The translations under genes and the position numbers were made by a program. Of a stretch of DNA of 64,000 nt, positions 30,341 through 39,568 are shown piece after piece. Origin of the DNA: an uncultured Actinomycetes bacterium (GTDB lineage: Bacteria > Actinomycetota > Thermoleophilia > RBG-16-64-13); contig CAVPLM010000003.1 in assembly GCA_963706025.1 (NCBI GenBank), positions 416,001 to 480,000 on the forward strand, written 5' to 3'. The notes beneath the pieces were generated by a model. That model saw only the letters and a program-made list of their open reading frames with translations. It did not search any database and was not told the DNA's origin. Every line of letters starts with the position of its first letter. The stretch's first letter is position 1.

Positions 30341-31495
30341 ATGGCGATCAAGTACTTGAGCGCAGATCAGCTGCCGGCCTTCCTGGGCTCTCTGGCCGAG
30401 AAGGCGCGCGTGGTGGCGCCGATCAAGACCGACGGCGTGGTGCAGTTCCAGCCCTGGGCGGCGGGCAAGGACGTGGAGCTCGACGTCCTGCTGGCCAAGC
30501 AGTCGCCCAAGGAGTACGTGTTCCTGCAGACCGAGACCTTTCTGAAGTTCGGGTACAGCATGGCCGCCGCCGCGGAGGACGCCGAGGGTGAAGCGGAGAA
30601 GGTTCCGAACCGGCGATCCCCTACGAGACGGTGGACGTCGAGGCTCTGAACGAGGCTCCGGCCCAGGTGATCTTCGGCCTGCGCCCCTGCGACGCCCGCG
30701 GCTTCGTGCAGATGGACAACGTGTTCGGCGGCTACGGCGGCTTCTACTTCGATCCGCTGTACAACGCGCGGCGCGAGGCGACCACCCTGCTGGCCGTCAC
30801 CTGCCGCGACCCCCGGTCCACCTGCTTCTGCACGGCCATCGGCGGCTGCCCGGCCGGCCACGAGGGCGTCGACGCGCTCTTCACCCAGGTGGAGGGCGGC
30901 TTCGCGGTCGAGGCCTTCACCGAGAAGGGCGAGGCGGCGACTCGCGTTCGCCGGCCTTGGCGACGCCAGCGACGCCCAAGCGAGCGAAGCGGCCGAGGTG
31001 AAGCTGCAGGCCACCGGGAAGGTGGACGTGCCCTTCGCCCTCGAAGGCATCCGCGACAACCTGCACGACAACATCGGGGGCGAGGGCTGGCACGACCTGT
31101 GCATGCGCTGCATCTCCTGCGGCACCTGCACCTACGTGTGTCCCAACTGCTACTGCTTCTCCATCAACGACGAGCTGGTGGAGAGCACCGGCGAGCGCTA
31201 CCGCGTCTGGGACAACTGCTTCAATCCCCTCTACACCGAGGAGACCTCGGGCCACAACCCGCGGGCGGCCAAGTCCAACCGGTTCCGCAACCGCTTCAGC
31301 CACAAGTTCTGGTACTACCCCGACAAGTACGACAGCCTGCTCTGCTCCGGCTGCGGCCGCTGCATCATGCACTGCCCGACGCGCATCGACATCCGCGAGG
31401 TGCTGCGGGTGATGGGGACGCCGGTCGGGACGGCTGCCGGCCCAGGCGATCGCCGCGCGCCGCGCCGCGGAGTGCCGGCCGCCGGTAGCGCCTAG
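30341..31495 (+). CDS. flxB: FlxB / AsrA-like 4Fe-4S protein (indels)
   Basis: SPKEY, GLRPCD, CFC, CISCGTCTYVCPNCYCF, RNRFSHKF, CSGCGRCIMHCP. Confidence 0.85.
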
Positions 31496-31530
31496 CCGCG
31501 CCCGCCTCGGCCGACGGGAAGGAGGCGTAG

Positions 31531-32439
31531 ATGGCTGACAACGGCAAGACCCGCCTCACCGCGGCCGACGTGGTCGCCGGCGCCAGCACGGCCCGCGCGG
31601 GCAAGCTGGGCGGCAACCCCTACCTGCCCGAGATCGCGACCGTCGATCGAGATCATCCAGGAGACCCCCAACATCAAGACCTTCCGCCTGCGGTTCGACG
31701 ACCCCGCCGTGCAGGAGAGCTTCAGCTTCCTGCCCGGCCAGGTGGGCCAGCTGGGCATCTTCGGCGTGGGCGAGTCGACCTTCGCCATCACCTCCAAGCC
31801 CTCCGAGAAGGAGTTCATCCAGTTCTCGGTCATGAAGGCCGGCGAGGTCACCAAGGCCATCCACAACCTCTCCGAAGGCGACAAGGTGGGCATCCGCGCC
31901 CCCATGGGCTGCGGCTTCCCGGTGGAGGCCTGGAAGGGCAAGAAGATCCTCTACGTCATGGGCGGCATCGGCTCGGCCGCGCTCAAGGCCACCATCGAGT
32001 ACACGCTGGAGCACCGCGCCGACTACGCCGGCATCACCATCCTCTACGGCGCCACCGCCCCGGAGAACTTCACCTACCAGGTACGACATCAGACGACTGG
32101 CAGAAGCGGGACGACTCGAACTCGTCCTCACCATCGACCGCGACTGTGACGGCTGGCAGTGCGACGTGGGCCTGGTGCCGCACGTGCTCGAGCGCATGAA
32201 CCCCGATCCCGGCCAACACCATCGCCATCACCTGCGGTCCGCCCATCATGATCAAGTTCGCCCTCATGAGCTTCCAGAAGCTGGGCTTCACCGACGAGCA
32301 GACCTACACCACGCTCGAGAAGCGCATGAAGTGCGGCATCGGCATCTGCGGCCGCTGCAACGTGGGGCCCAAGTACGTGTGCGTGGACGGGCCGGTGTTC
32401 TCGCTGGCCGAGCTCAAGGAGCTGCCGGACGAGTTGTAG
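31531..32439 (+). CDS. flxA: FlxA / AsrB-like FAD/NAD-binding subunit (indels)
   Basis: [44 protein letters not shown]. Confidence 0.88.
32317..32353 (+). repeat. 37-bp direct repeat, copy A (inside flxA 3' end)
   Basis: GAGAAGCGCATGAAGTGCGGCATCGGCATCTGCGGCC; 36/37 identical to 36254-36290. Confidence 0.92.
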
Positions 32440-32440
32440 G

Positions 32441-32544
32441 AGAGCCGCACCTGCCCGATGGCGCCGCCGCGGGGCGCGAGGCTGACCGTGGGGCTCTGGG
32501 CAAGATCTTGTTCGTTTTCTGTGGGGGGCGCCGGAAGGCGCCCC
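32441..32544 (+). repeat. flxA downstream segment, copy 1 (27-mer plus GNRA hairpin)
   Basis: AGAGCCGCACCTGCCCGATGGCGCCGC at 32441-32467; hairpin GGGGCGCC-GGAA-GGCGCCCC at 32525-32544 between convergent flxA and darG (terminator-like). Confidence 0.8.
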
Positions 32545-32568
32545 TCTTGGTTCGATTCTGAGCGGGGA

Positions 32569-33633
32569 CTAGCCCGCCAACACCTTGTCGGACTGCCGCT
32601 GAAGCCAACCTTTGTTCGTGAGCACATTGAAGGCCAACTCGATCTGCTCTTCTGAGAACTTGCGCTTGCGTTCATTCCAGGCATAGGTTCGCGTAATCAC
32701 TGAATTCAGATCATCCGCCGAATCGCGAGTCGCCACCCAGTGGACCGTTGCTAGGAGTTCTAGGCCAAACGGCGACTCGAAGCCTTGGACAAGATCGGCG
32801 ACTCGGTCGAACTTCGACCTGGTTTCTTCATCATCTTTAAGAGTCACCAGTGCATCTGAGACAGCTCCTGGGACGAGTTTTAGCTCGGTATTCGGAGCTT
32901 CATCACCCTGGACGAAGCCATCGACGAAGTACCCGTCGACTGCACGCAAGACGTGCCTCAGATTCTCAGCATACGGACCATAAAGGCCGGCCGCGAATCT
33001 GAGCCTGAGCGGCTGGGTCGCTTCCTGCATGAAGTAGAGGAGTTTGTGGACCTCAAGAAGCGAGACTGAAGGGTCCATCAACCCCGCGAGGTACCGGTCC
33101 ATCAGGGCGACGAGAGTGGCTCTTCCGGCAGTCATCTCGGGAGGCTTGCCGTGCCGAGTAGCCGGCTGTTCTTCCACTGCGTGAGTGGGTTCGAACACGA
33201 GGATGTCCACATCTGGAAGTGAACCGAGGGAAGCCTCGATTCTTGCTCGCACCACACCCCAACTCAACCCGCCCAACCCGCTGCCTAGCGGAGGGAGCGC
33301 GATAGACCTGATGCCTCTTGTCCGAATCTCCGCGACGAGCGCGTCGAGTCCAACCTCGATGTCTTCGATGCGACTCTTGCCACGCCAATGTCGTTTCGTC
33401 GGGAAGTTGATGATGTAGCGCGGATTTGTGAGGAGTCCCGTCTCGAACACGAACATGCGCCCCGGCTGCACGCCGCCACGATTGCAGGCAGCAACGTAGG
33501 CTTTGAAGTTCTCGGGGAAGGTTTCCTTGAACTGGAGGGCCACGCCGCGCCCCATCACCCCGACACAGTTGACGGAGTTCACAAGCGCCTCGCTGTCTTC
33601 AGCGAGAAGGTTTCCTTGCTTGTATCGGATCAT
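32569..33633 (-). CDS. darG: DarG antitoxin (macrodomain DNA ADP-ribosyl glycohydrolase)
   Basis: VNSVNCVGVMGRGVALQFK, IINFPTKRHWR, PPLGSGLGGL; C-terminal HKLLYF, YGPY, ELLATVHW; intact ORF. Confidence 0.92.
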   Translation of the reverse strand: MIRYKQGNLLAEDSEALVNSVNCVGVMGRGVALQFKETFPENFKAYVAACNRGGVQPGRMFVFETGLLTNPRYIINFPTKRHWRGKSRIEDIEVGLDALVAEIRTRGIRSIALPPLGSGLGGLSWGVVRARIEASLGSLPDVDILVFEPTHAVEEQPATRHGKPPEMTAGRATLVALMDRYLAGLMDPSVSLLEVHKLLYFMQEATQPLRLRFAAGLYGPYAENLRHVLRAVDGYFVDGFVQGDEAPNTELKLVPGAVSDALVTLKDDEETRSKFDRVADLVQGFESPFGLELLATVHWVATRDSADDLNSVITRTYAWNERKRKFSEEQIELAFNVLTNKGWLQRQSDKVLAG

Positions 33634-33649
33634 CCGCGCGCTCCTTTCG

Positions 33650-34297
33650 TCAATAGTACCAGTCGCGACGGACGGCTACTGACGGACGAAGGGCGGCCCC
33701 GGGGATCGCCAATCGGACCCGGTTCACTAGAGCGGCTGAATGCACGCCCACGACCTCCACGAGATCCCAAGGGAAGAACCTATCGACAAGGAACTCGGCC
33801 TGCTTGCCCTCCTTGATATCGGCATTGCGGAAGTCGGAAGCCACAACGGCGTCCGAGTTGATCTCGGCAAGATAATGAAGGCGGATGCGGAACTGAGCGT
33901 AGGCCGCTCCGGCATTCGACAGACTGAAGACCGAGCTGACTGCAGCTGTGTCGGCCCACCGGACTGCCTCATGCAGGTCGGCCTGCAAGTGAACAATCGG
34001 TTCTTGCCCTCCCCTGTACGTCAAGTCAGGGTGATTCCCGCACGAGATTACGTAGAGCATGATTGAGCGGGGGCAGAAGTAGAAGGGCACGAATTCTCCC
34101 ACGGTCTTGCCGGGATGGCAGCTGACTGGCAGGTGGAGTCTTCGCTCCTTGAGCGAAGACATCCCGATCACTGACGTTGCGCCTCCATGCTGCAACATGT
34201 GCGAGTCCGAGAAGAGACCGTCGGCTGAGACAATGCCGGCGAGATTGTCGACATGCGTGATGTGATAGATCTTCGGTTTGTCTGGATGGTTGCTCAC
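33650..34297 (-). CDS. darT: DarT toxin (ssDNA thymidine ADP-ribosyltransferase, DUF4433)
   Basis: IYHITHVDNL, VPFYFCPRSIMLY, SNAG, KQAEFLV (catalytic Glu), WYY; directly upstream of darG. Confidence 0.92.
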   Translation of the reverse strand: MSNHPDKPKIYHITHVDNLAGIVSADGLFSDSHMLQHGGATSVIGMSSLKERRLHLPVSCHPGKTVGEFVPFYFCPRSIMLYVISCGNHPDLTYRGGQEPIVHLQADLHEAVRWADTAAVSSVFSLSNAGAAYAQFRIRLHYLAEINSDAVVASDFRNADIKEGKQAEFLVDRFFPWDLVEVVGVHSAALVNRVRLAIPGAALRPSVAVRRDWYY

Positions 34298-34439
34298 CGT
34301 CTCTCGGCTCACCTCCCCAAGGTCTTGGTTGACTATCCTAGGATACGAGATTAGCCGAACCTGCATGAAGGACCTTCGCAGTGGTTGTTCGGCCGGGCCA
34401 ACACGACAACGCCAGCTCTTGGAGGGCGCAGCCGCCGTC

Positions 34440-34663
34440 TTCGGGGAAAGCGAACAGGGCAAGGAGGTTTTCGGAGAGTCCGCCCATCTTGATCAAGTGG
34501 TGCACGAGGCCGACCTTCAGGGGATGATTCTGATGCGCGGGTATGGACAGGCGCACGTCGCTGTGCTCCCTGCCGTAGATGTGGTGGCTTCCGCGAACAC
34601 GAGAAGGACCCGGCCCTTGCTCTCGAGCGCCTTGGCAAGTTCGCGGCCGGATACGACCTTCAT
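34440..34663 (-). pseudogene. hicA: HicA toxin, frameshifted (3' end approximate)
   Basis: [17 protein letters not shown] then, in another frame, RVRGSHHIY..SIPAH..LKVG; ATGA overlap with hicB. Confidence 0.78.
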
Positions 34664-34863
34664 ACCGCGATTTCCACGATCCGATCACGCTCGCCGGTTT
34701 TGACAGAACCGACGTCGACGGACAGGCAGCCTTCGACGGCCTCATAGATGTTCAGAAGCAACTGCTCGAAGGTCTCGCCCTGGGTGCAGCAACCGGGTAT
34801 GGCCGGAACCTCGGCCCAGAAGCCGCCTTCTTCCGCCTCGTGGACCACTACCGTGAGCTTCAT
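34660..34863 (-). CDS. hicB: HicB family antitoxin
   Basis: [47 protein letters not shown]. Confidence 0.88.
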   Translation of the reverse strand: MKLTVVVHEAEEGGFWAEVPAIPGCCTQGETFEQLLLNIYEAVEGCLSVDVGSVKTGERDRIVEIAV

Positions 34864-34952
34864 GCCTCTCCCTCCAGCGGCTCGAGCTGCGATAGTCACA
34901 GTATAGCCCGGCCCTCATTTCCCGAACCAACAGGCCCGTAACACCCTGAGGA

Positions 34953-35112
34953 AGAGCCGCACCTGCCCGAGGGCGCCGCGCGGGCGGTTGTGTCCTGCCG
35001 CGGTGAACGGTGCGACACCCGGGGCAAGTCAGCGATCCGGGGCGGCGACGTCGACTGTCGAGGTTTCGTTCAGGAATGATCGTTTCCTCTGGGGGCGCCG
35101 AAAGGCGCCCCC
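34953..35112 (+). repeat. flxA downstream segment, copy 2
   Basis: AGAGCCGCACCTGCCCGAGGGCGCCGC at 34953-34979 (26/27 to copy 1); hairpin GGGGGCGCC-GAAA-GGCGCCCCC at 35091-35112. Confidence 0.8.
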
Positions 35113-35232
35113 ATCTCTGGGCCACTGGGTATCACTTTACAAGGGGCGAGTCGGCCGGCAAGCACGCTGTCAGCACAGTCCCCACATCTGTTACCATAAA
35201 AAAGGTTGGTTCCTGCCAATAATGAGGTAACT

Positions 35233-35790
35233 GTGCTGTCGTTGCTCGTAACATCCGCGGCGCGTCGCAAGCTTCTGGTGGGGTTCCTCACGCATCCTGG
35301 GGAGCGGTTCTACCTGTCTCAGCTCATCCGCGACCTGGAGATTACGTCGTCGGCGGCCCAGAAGGAACTCGCGCGCCTTACGGAAAGCGGGCTGCTCCTG
35401 AGCGAGCGCGAGGGTAATGTCCGCTTCTACACCGTGAACACGGCGCATCCGATCTACCGGGAGCTCAAGAGCATCGTATACAAGACGGAGGGGCTCGGCA
35501 GCGTGCTGATCGACTGTCTCCGGCAGGTTGCCGGCGTCACCGTGCTCTCAGCTACGGTTCGGTAGCTCGAAACACCGAAGACGCCATCTCCGACGTGGAT
35601 CTGCTTGGATCGTCGACGTGGAGCCCGCGGCCTGGATGGCGTTCTGCAGGCCGACAATCTTGAGCGTGACGTCGACGCTACCATCGACTGTGGCGAGTGG
35701 CCGACCGCGTGAATCGGCGACAGGCTTCGACTCGAAGTGCTGAATGGACCGAAGATCTTCCTCATCGGAGATGAAGATGGGCTTCGATGA
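35233..35790 (+). pseudogene. wHTH plus minimal nucleotidyltransferase (MNT) antitoxin, disrupted
   Basis: N-terminal wHTH (QKELARL..REGNVRFY), broken FGS..SDVDLL motif, C-terminal PKIFLIGDEDGLR. Confidence 0.72.
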
Positions 35791-36226
35791 GTTGGTTGGG
35801 AGGCGGGTCATCGAACCCAGCGATGTAGAGCCCGCTGAGATAGCTGGGCTGATGCGGGTAGCCCAGAGAGACATCGTGACTGCCTCGAGTCTGGTGCAGA
35901 CCGACCTCGACTGGGCATTCGCCGTAGCATACAACGCCATTCTGCAGAGTTCGGTGGCCTTCATCGCGAGTCACGGCTTCAGGCCGCACTCGCGCAACAA
36001 GCACTTCAACACCTTCCGCTTCATGTCCGCCGCGCTTCCCGATGAGAGCGACACCATTTCCCGGTTGCAGCGATTCCGAAAGAAGCGCCACGCGGCCGTG
36101 TACGAACAGCCGGGACTGATCAGCGCCCAGGAAGCACTGGACATCATCGAGTTCGCCGGACGCTACGTCGGGATGATCGAGGAACGGATGCCCCGAGAGG
36201 TGAGGGAGCGCCTGCGAGAGGGCTGA
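35777..36226 (+). CDS. HEPN domain protein (MNT-HEPN pair)
   Basis: AYNAIL..GFRP..H ... RKKRHAAVYE; overlaps the MNT stop. Confidence 0.75.
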   Translation: MGFDELVGRRVIEPSDVEPAEIAGLMRVAQRDIVTASSLVQTDLDWAFAVAYNAILQSSVAFIASHGFRPHSRNKHFNTFRFMSAALPDESDTISRLQRFRKKRHAAVYEQPGLISAQEALDIIEFAGRYVGMIEERMPREVRERLREG

Positions 36227-36253
36227 CGCCGGATCAGCGCACAGCCAACAGAG

Positions 36254-36290
36254 GAGAAGCGCATGAAGTGCGGCATCGGCATCTGTGGCC
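36254..36290 (+). repeat. 37-bp direct repeat, copy B (flxA fragment fused to intI)
   Basis: GAGAAGCGCATGAAGTGCGGCATCGGCATCTGTGGCC. Confidence 0.92.
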
Positions 36291-36940
36291 AGGTGATGAC
36301 CCGCGGTGAAGCACGCGACGTTCTAGGCCTACTCTACGGTGACAAGTGGCTCATCGCCTCTCTGCTCCATGGCTGCGGGCTGCGACTGCTGGAGTGCCTG
36401 CGGCTACGGATCAAGGACATCGATTTCTCATGGGGCGAGATCACGGTTCACGACGGCAAGGGCGGGAAGGACCGCGTGACCATGCTGCCCGCATCGCTTA
36501 CCACTCCGCTGCAGGAGCACCTGCGCTTGGTCAAGATCACCCATGACGGCGATCTCGCCGATGGCTGGGGCCGCGTCGTTCTGCCGGCCGCGCTGGACCG
36601 GAAGCACCCGAACGCGCCGGCCGACTGGCGCCGGCAGTGGGTCTTTCCTCAAGCCACGCGGTGGAAGAACAGAAGTACAGGCGAAGAGGGAAGGCACCAT
36701 GTTCACGAGACCCTGGTTCAGCGGGCGGTGAAGGAGGCCGTCGGCCGGGCGGGCATCGTCAAGCATGTGGGGTGCCATACCCTTCGGCATTCCTTCGCCA
36801 CCCATCTGCTGGAGGCGGGCTACGACATCCGGACCATCCAGGAGCTCCTCGGTCACAACGATGTGCGTACCACCATGATCTACACCCATGTGCTCAACCG
36901 GGGCGGACAGGTTGTCCCTAGCCCGCTTGACGCTCTGTAG
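36263..36940 (+). pseudogene. intI: Integron integrase, 5'-truncated (catalytic domain only)
   Basis: [20 protein letters not shown], IntI-specific insert [49 protein letters not shown]; N-terminal domain missing and first residues derive from flxA. Confidence 0.9.
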
Positions 36941-37110
36941 GGCTGCATATACAGTCTGCATATCCGCGACGCTCCGGGAGGCGTCTCAGACTCGCAAGGC
37001 TCTCGGCGAGGCATATCGGGGCCATCTTGAGTCTCGAAACTGGTGCTATACAGACAGCCCTATGCTGCGGCAGTTGGCTTGCGCAGAGTGGATAATCATT
37101 GTTAGCTTGC
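36941..37110 (+). mobile_element. attI region downstream of intI (recombination core G|TTAGCT at 37101)
   Basis: GTTAGCTTGC at 37101-37110 is the exact reverse complement of GCAAGCTAAC at 38642-38651; TATACAG repeats at 36948 and 37047; GC drops after 37101. Confidence 0.72.
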
Positions 37111-37207
37111 CAGAGCGCATCCTAAATATTCATGGTATAAGAAGAATCCTTCCGTATTTTGGTTCATCTTCAACCAGGTTGTTGACTATTATTCAGGAGA
37201 AAATACT

Positions 37208-38608
37208 ATGAACACAGAAAAACTGACCACACCAATTGGCGATTTTGATTTTGTGCTGGATGGTTATCCCACCAAAGAGACCGCCCAAAAACTGTTCGAT
37301 GCGCTTGATTTTCAGCGCGCCTGCCAGGCCTACCTTGACTTTATACCGGCAATGTCGATGTATTCATTGCTTGAGGGGCAGGAGAAAGGATTTGGGTGTA
37401 AGGAATGTTCCGACCTGGCTGTGGCCGCCGATTTGCTGGATGCGACACCCTATTTATTGACCGGCAATACAGAAAGCGTTTATTTTGCCGGTAATGTTGA
37501 CCTCAAGAAAGATGGCCCAACGGTGGTTGAAATCCCCCCGCAGGTTTTGGGCATGGCCAACGATGCCTATTTCCGGTATATCATTGATTTTGGCATGGTG
37601 GGTCCGGATCAGGGGCAAGGGGGAAAATACCTGCTGCTGCCGCCGGATTATGAAGGCGAAGTTCCCGAAGGGTATTTCGTCGCTCGTTCGCGCACCTACA
37701 AAGTGTGGATCATGGCCCGTGCCAGCCAAAAAATCAGCGGTATGGGCGAGCAGGCCATCAAATGGTATGGCGAGCATTGCGCGGTGTACCCGTTAAAGGG
37801 TGGAACCAGAAAGCCCAATATCATCAACGTCAGCGGTTTATCGACAGATGGCACCCACCCCAATGATTTCCAATATTTTGTCAATCTCGACAAGATGATT
37901 CAATACGAACCCACAGAGGCGTTTGACAAGGAACAATTGGGGCTGTTAAGAGCACTTGGCATCGAGAAAGGCAAGCAGTTTGACCCCGATGAGCGCATGC
38001 GGAAGATTCTCGACACCGCCGCCAAAACGGGTTTTGGCATGGCCCGGGCGATTGCCTATCAATCGCGCGAACCGGAAGCGAAAGTGTACCCGGATCGGAA
38101 TTGGGAATATATCTTTGTGGGCGGCAGCCATGAATTCTTGAAGAACGGCGTCCGCAACCTGGATGCCCGGACGCTCTTCCACTTCACCGCCATTTGTGTG
38201 ACCCCGGCCATGGTCAACAAAATCGTGGGCGCCGGGTCTCAATACCTGTGTGCCTATGTCGATGGGGATGGCGATTATCTGGATGGCGGCCAAACCTACC
38301 AGCTCCACCTGCCACCGAATATCCCCATCAACAACTTCTGGTCGGTGACGTTATATGATCCCAAGACGCGCTCGCTGCTGCAAAACGGCATGCCCAAGCC
38401 CAGCGTCAATAGCTTTGACGGGCCTGAACAGAATGTTGACGGTTCCTACGATGTCTTCTTTGGTCCGGAAGCGCCCGCCAGCAAAGAAAAGAACTGGATC
38501 AAAACCGTTCCCGGTAAGGGTTGGTTCACCTATGTCCGCTTCTACGGCCCGCTGGAGGCTTTCTTCGATCAGACCTGGAAGCCGGACGATATTGTCAAGA
38601 TTGGGTAG
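37208..38608 (+). CDS. DUF1254/DUF1214 domain protein (integron cassette 1)
   Basis: DLKKDGPTVVEIPP, GPDQGQGGKYLLLPPDY, GSQYL, FWSVTLYD, NWIKT.PGKGWF..RFYGP; visibly lower GC than host genes. Confidence 0.88.
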   Translation: MNTEKLTTPIGDFDFVLDGYPTKETAQKLFDALDFQRACQAYLDFIPAMSMYSLLEGQEKGFGCKECSDLAVAADLLDATPYLLTGNTESVYFAGNVDLKKDGPTVVEIPPQVLGMANDAYFRYIIDFGMVGPDQGQGGKYLLLPPDYEGEVPEGYFVARSRTYKVWIMARASQKISGMGEQAIKWYGEHCAVYPLKGGTRKPNIINVSGLSTDGTHPNDFQYFVNLDKMIQYEPTEAFDKEQLGLLRALGIEKGKQFDPDERMRKILDTAAKTGFGMARAIAYQSREPEAKVYPDRNWEYIFVGGSHEFLKNGVRNLDARTLFHFTAICVTPAMVNKIVGAGSQYLCAYVDGDGDYLDGGQTYQLHLPPNIPINNFWSVTLYDPKTRSLLQNGMPKPSVNSFDGPEQNVDGSYDVFFGPEAPASKEKNWIKTVPGKGWFTYVRFYGPLEAFFDQTWKPDDIVKIG

Positions 38609-38644
38609 TTGAATACTTGGTTTTGGTAGACTATCTAATAAGCA

Positions 38645-38766
38645 AGCTAACCCAGGCTGTAGCTGACCGGGGCTTTGCCCCGCGGGTAGGCGGCGCGCTT
38701 TTCAGCAATTCAATTCAAGCAAAGTCGCATTTTAGCGTCAACCCGCCCCGGCAGCTAAGCCCCGTT
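38645..38766 (+). mobile_element. attC site of cassette 1
   Basis: R'' AGCTAAC; arm GGCT[G]TAGCTG[A]CCGGGGC pairs with GCCCCGGCAGCTAAGCC, leaving two extrahelical bases; R' end degenerate (GTTCTC). Confidence 0.78.
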
Positions 38767-38842
38767 CTCGACGGGCTTCTGGCGCGGAGCCCCATGTCGG
38801 GCTGCCGCGAAATGTACGACATGGTTAAACGGCCGCTCGACG

Positions 38843-39165
38843 GTGGATTTGCGCCACAACCGCGACGACGTCGTCTGGATCACGATGAATCCGAGCGTCG
38901 GACACGAGCAGTCAGGTCGTCGGCCCGCCCTGGTCATCTCGCCCGGCTCCTACAATGGCAAGGTCGGCCTCGCCATCCTTTGCCAATCACCTGGCAGAGA
39001 ACGACGAACCGTACGCACGGATTCCGACGGGCTGCCGTCAGGGGTGGTGCCACGGATAGAAAGAGTCAGGACTAGAAGGCCCTAGGCGCGGAGTTCCTCT
39101 GCAAGGTGCCGCCCGACAGTACCGCAGCCGTCTTGCAGAGGTTGGAGAGGCTGGTGGCGCCGTAG
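38843..39165 (+). pseudogene. mazF: MazF/ChpA toxin, frameshifted; no antitoxin seen
   Basis: DVVWITMNPSVGHEQSGRRPALVISP.SYN.KVGLAILC, then frameshifts. Confidence 0.8.
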
Positions 39166-39172
39166 CCTGGGC

Positions 39173-39232
39173 GCCCAACCATGGCTTCTATCTGACTCGC
39201 TTCGCTCGCAGTCAAGCCAAAAGACGCTAGGC
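39173..39232 (+). mobile_element. attC site (60 bp, degenerate)
   Basis: GCCCAAC..GGCTT..CTGACTCGCTTCGCTCGCAGTCAAGCC..GCTAGGC (GTT to GCT); starts 7 nt after the mazF stop. Confidence 0.65.
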
Positions 39233-39298
39233 TCCACCCTTGGGAGGTGGACGCGCGAGCAGTGGTTGTTGGAGACCCTTCCGACTTGATCTAGCGCT

Positions 39299-39319
39299 GG
39301 TATGACGTAGCATCATACC
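39299..39319 (+). promoter_or_regulatory. Antitoxin operator palindrome
   Basis: GGTATGA-N7-TCATACC just before RBS GGAGG. Confidence 0.6.
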
Positions 39320-39332
39320 TGGAGGTACACTT

Positions 39333-39568
39333 ATGGGACGCTCAAGGATAGCATCACCCTGGAGAGGTCTGTCCGGTGAGTGGAGGGATTGTGGATAAGC
39401 GTGTCACCATAATCGACGGCGTGGCAGTCGAGGATGCCGTGACGAGAAGCTGGCAACGGTCGCGCCATCGTCTCGCGCAGGAGGGCGCCAAACTCGACCC
39501 CGACCACGAGCGGGCCTTGGCCGAGGAGGGTATTGGAGGGGAGATGGTTCGAGTGGCCCGAATACTGA
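39333..39568 (+). pseudogene. Ribbon-helix-helix antitoxin, frameshifted
   Basis: MGRS..IAITL-like start; C-terminal RLAQEGAKLDPDHERALAEEG..WPEY. Confidence 0.65.

Noticed and set aside
26776-30649. Long HdrA-MvhD or MvhD-FlxC fusions in the ORF track
   Set aside because: Created by frameshifts; the joined segments translate as off-frame Arg/Pro-rich sequence
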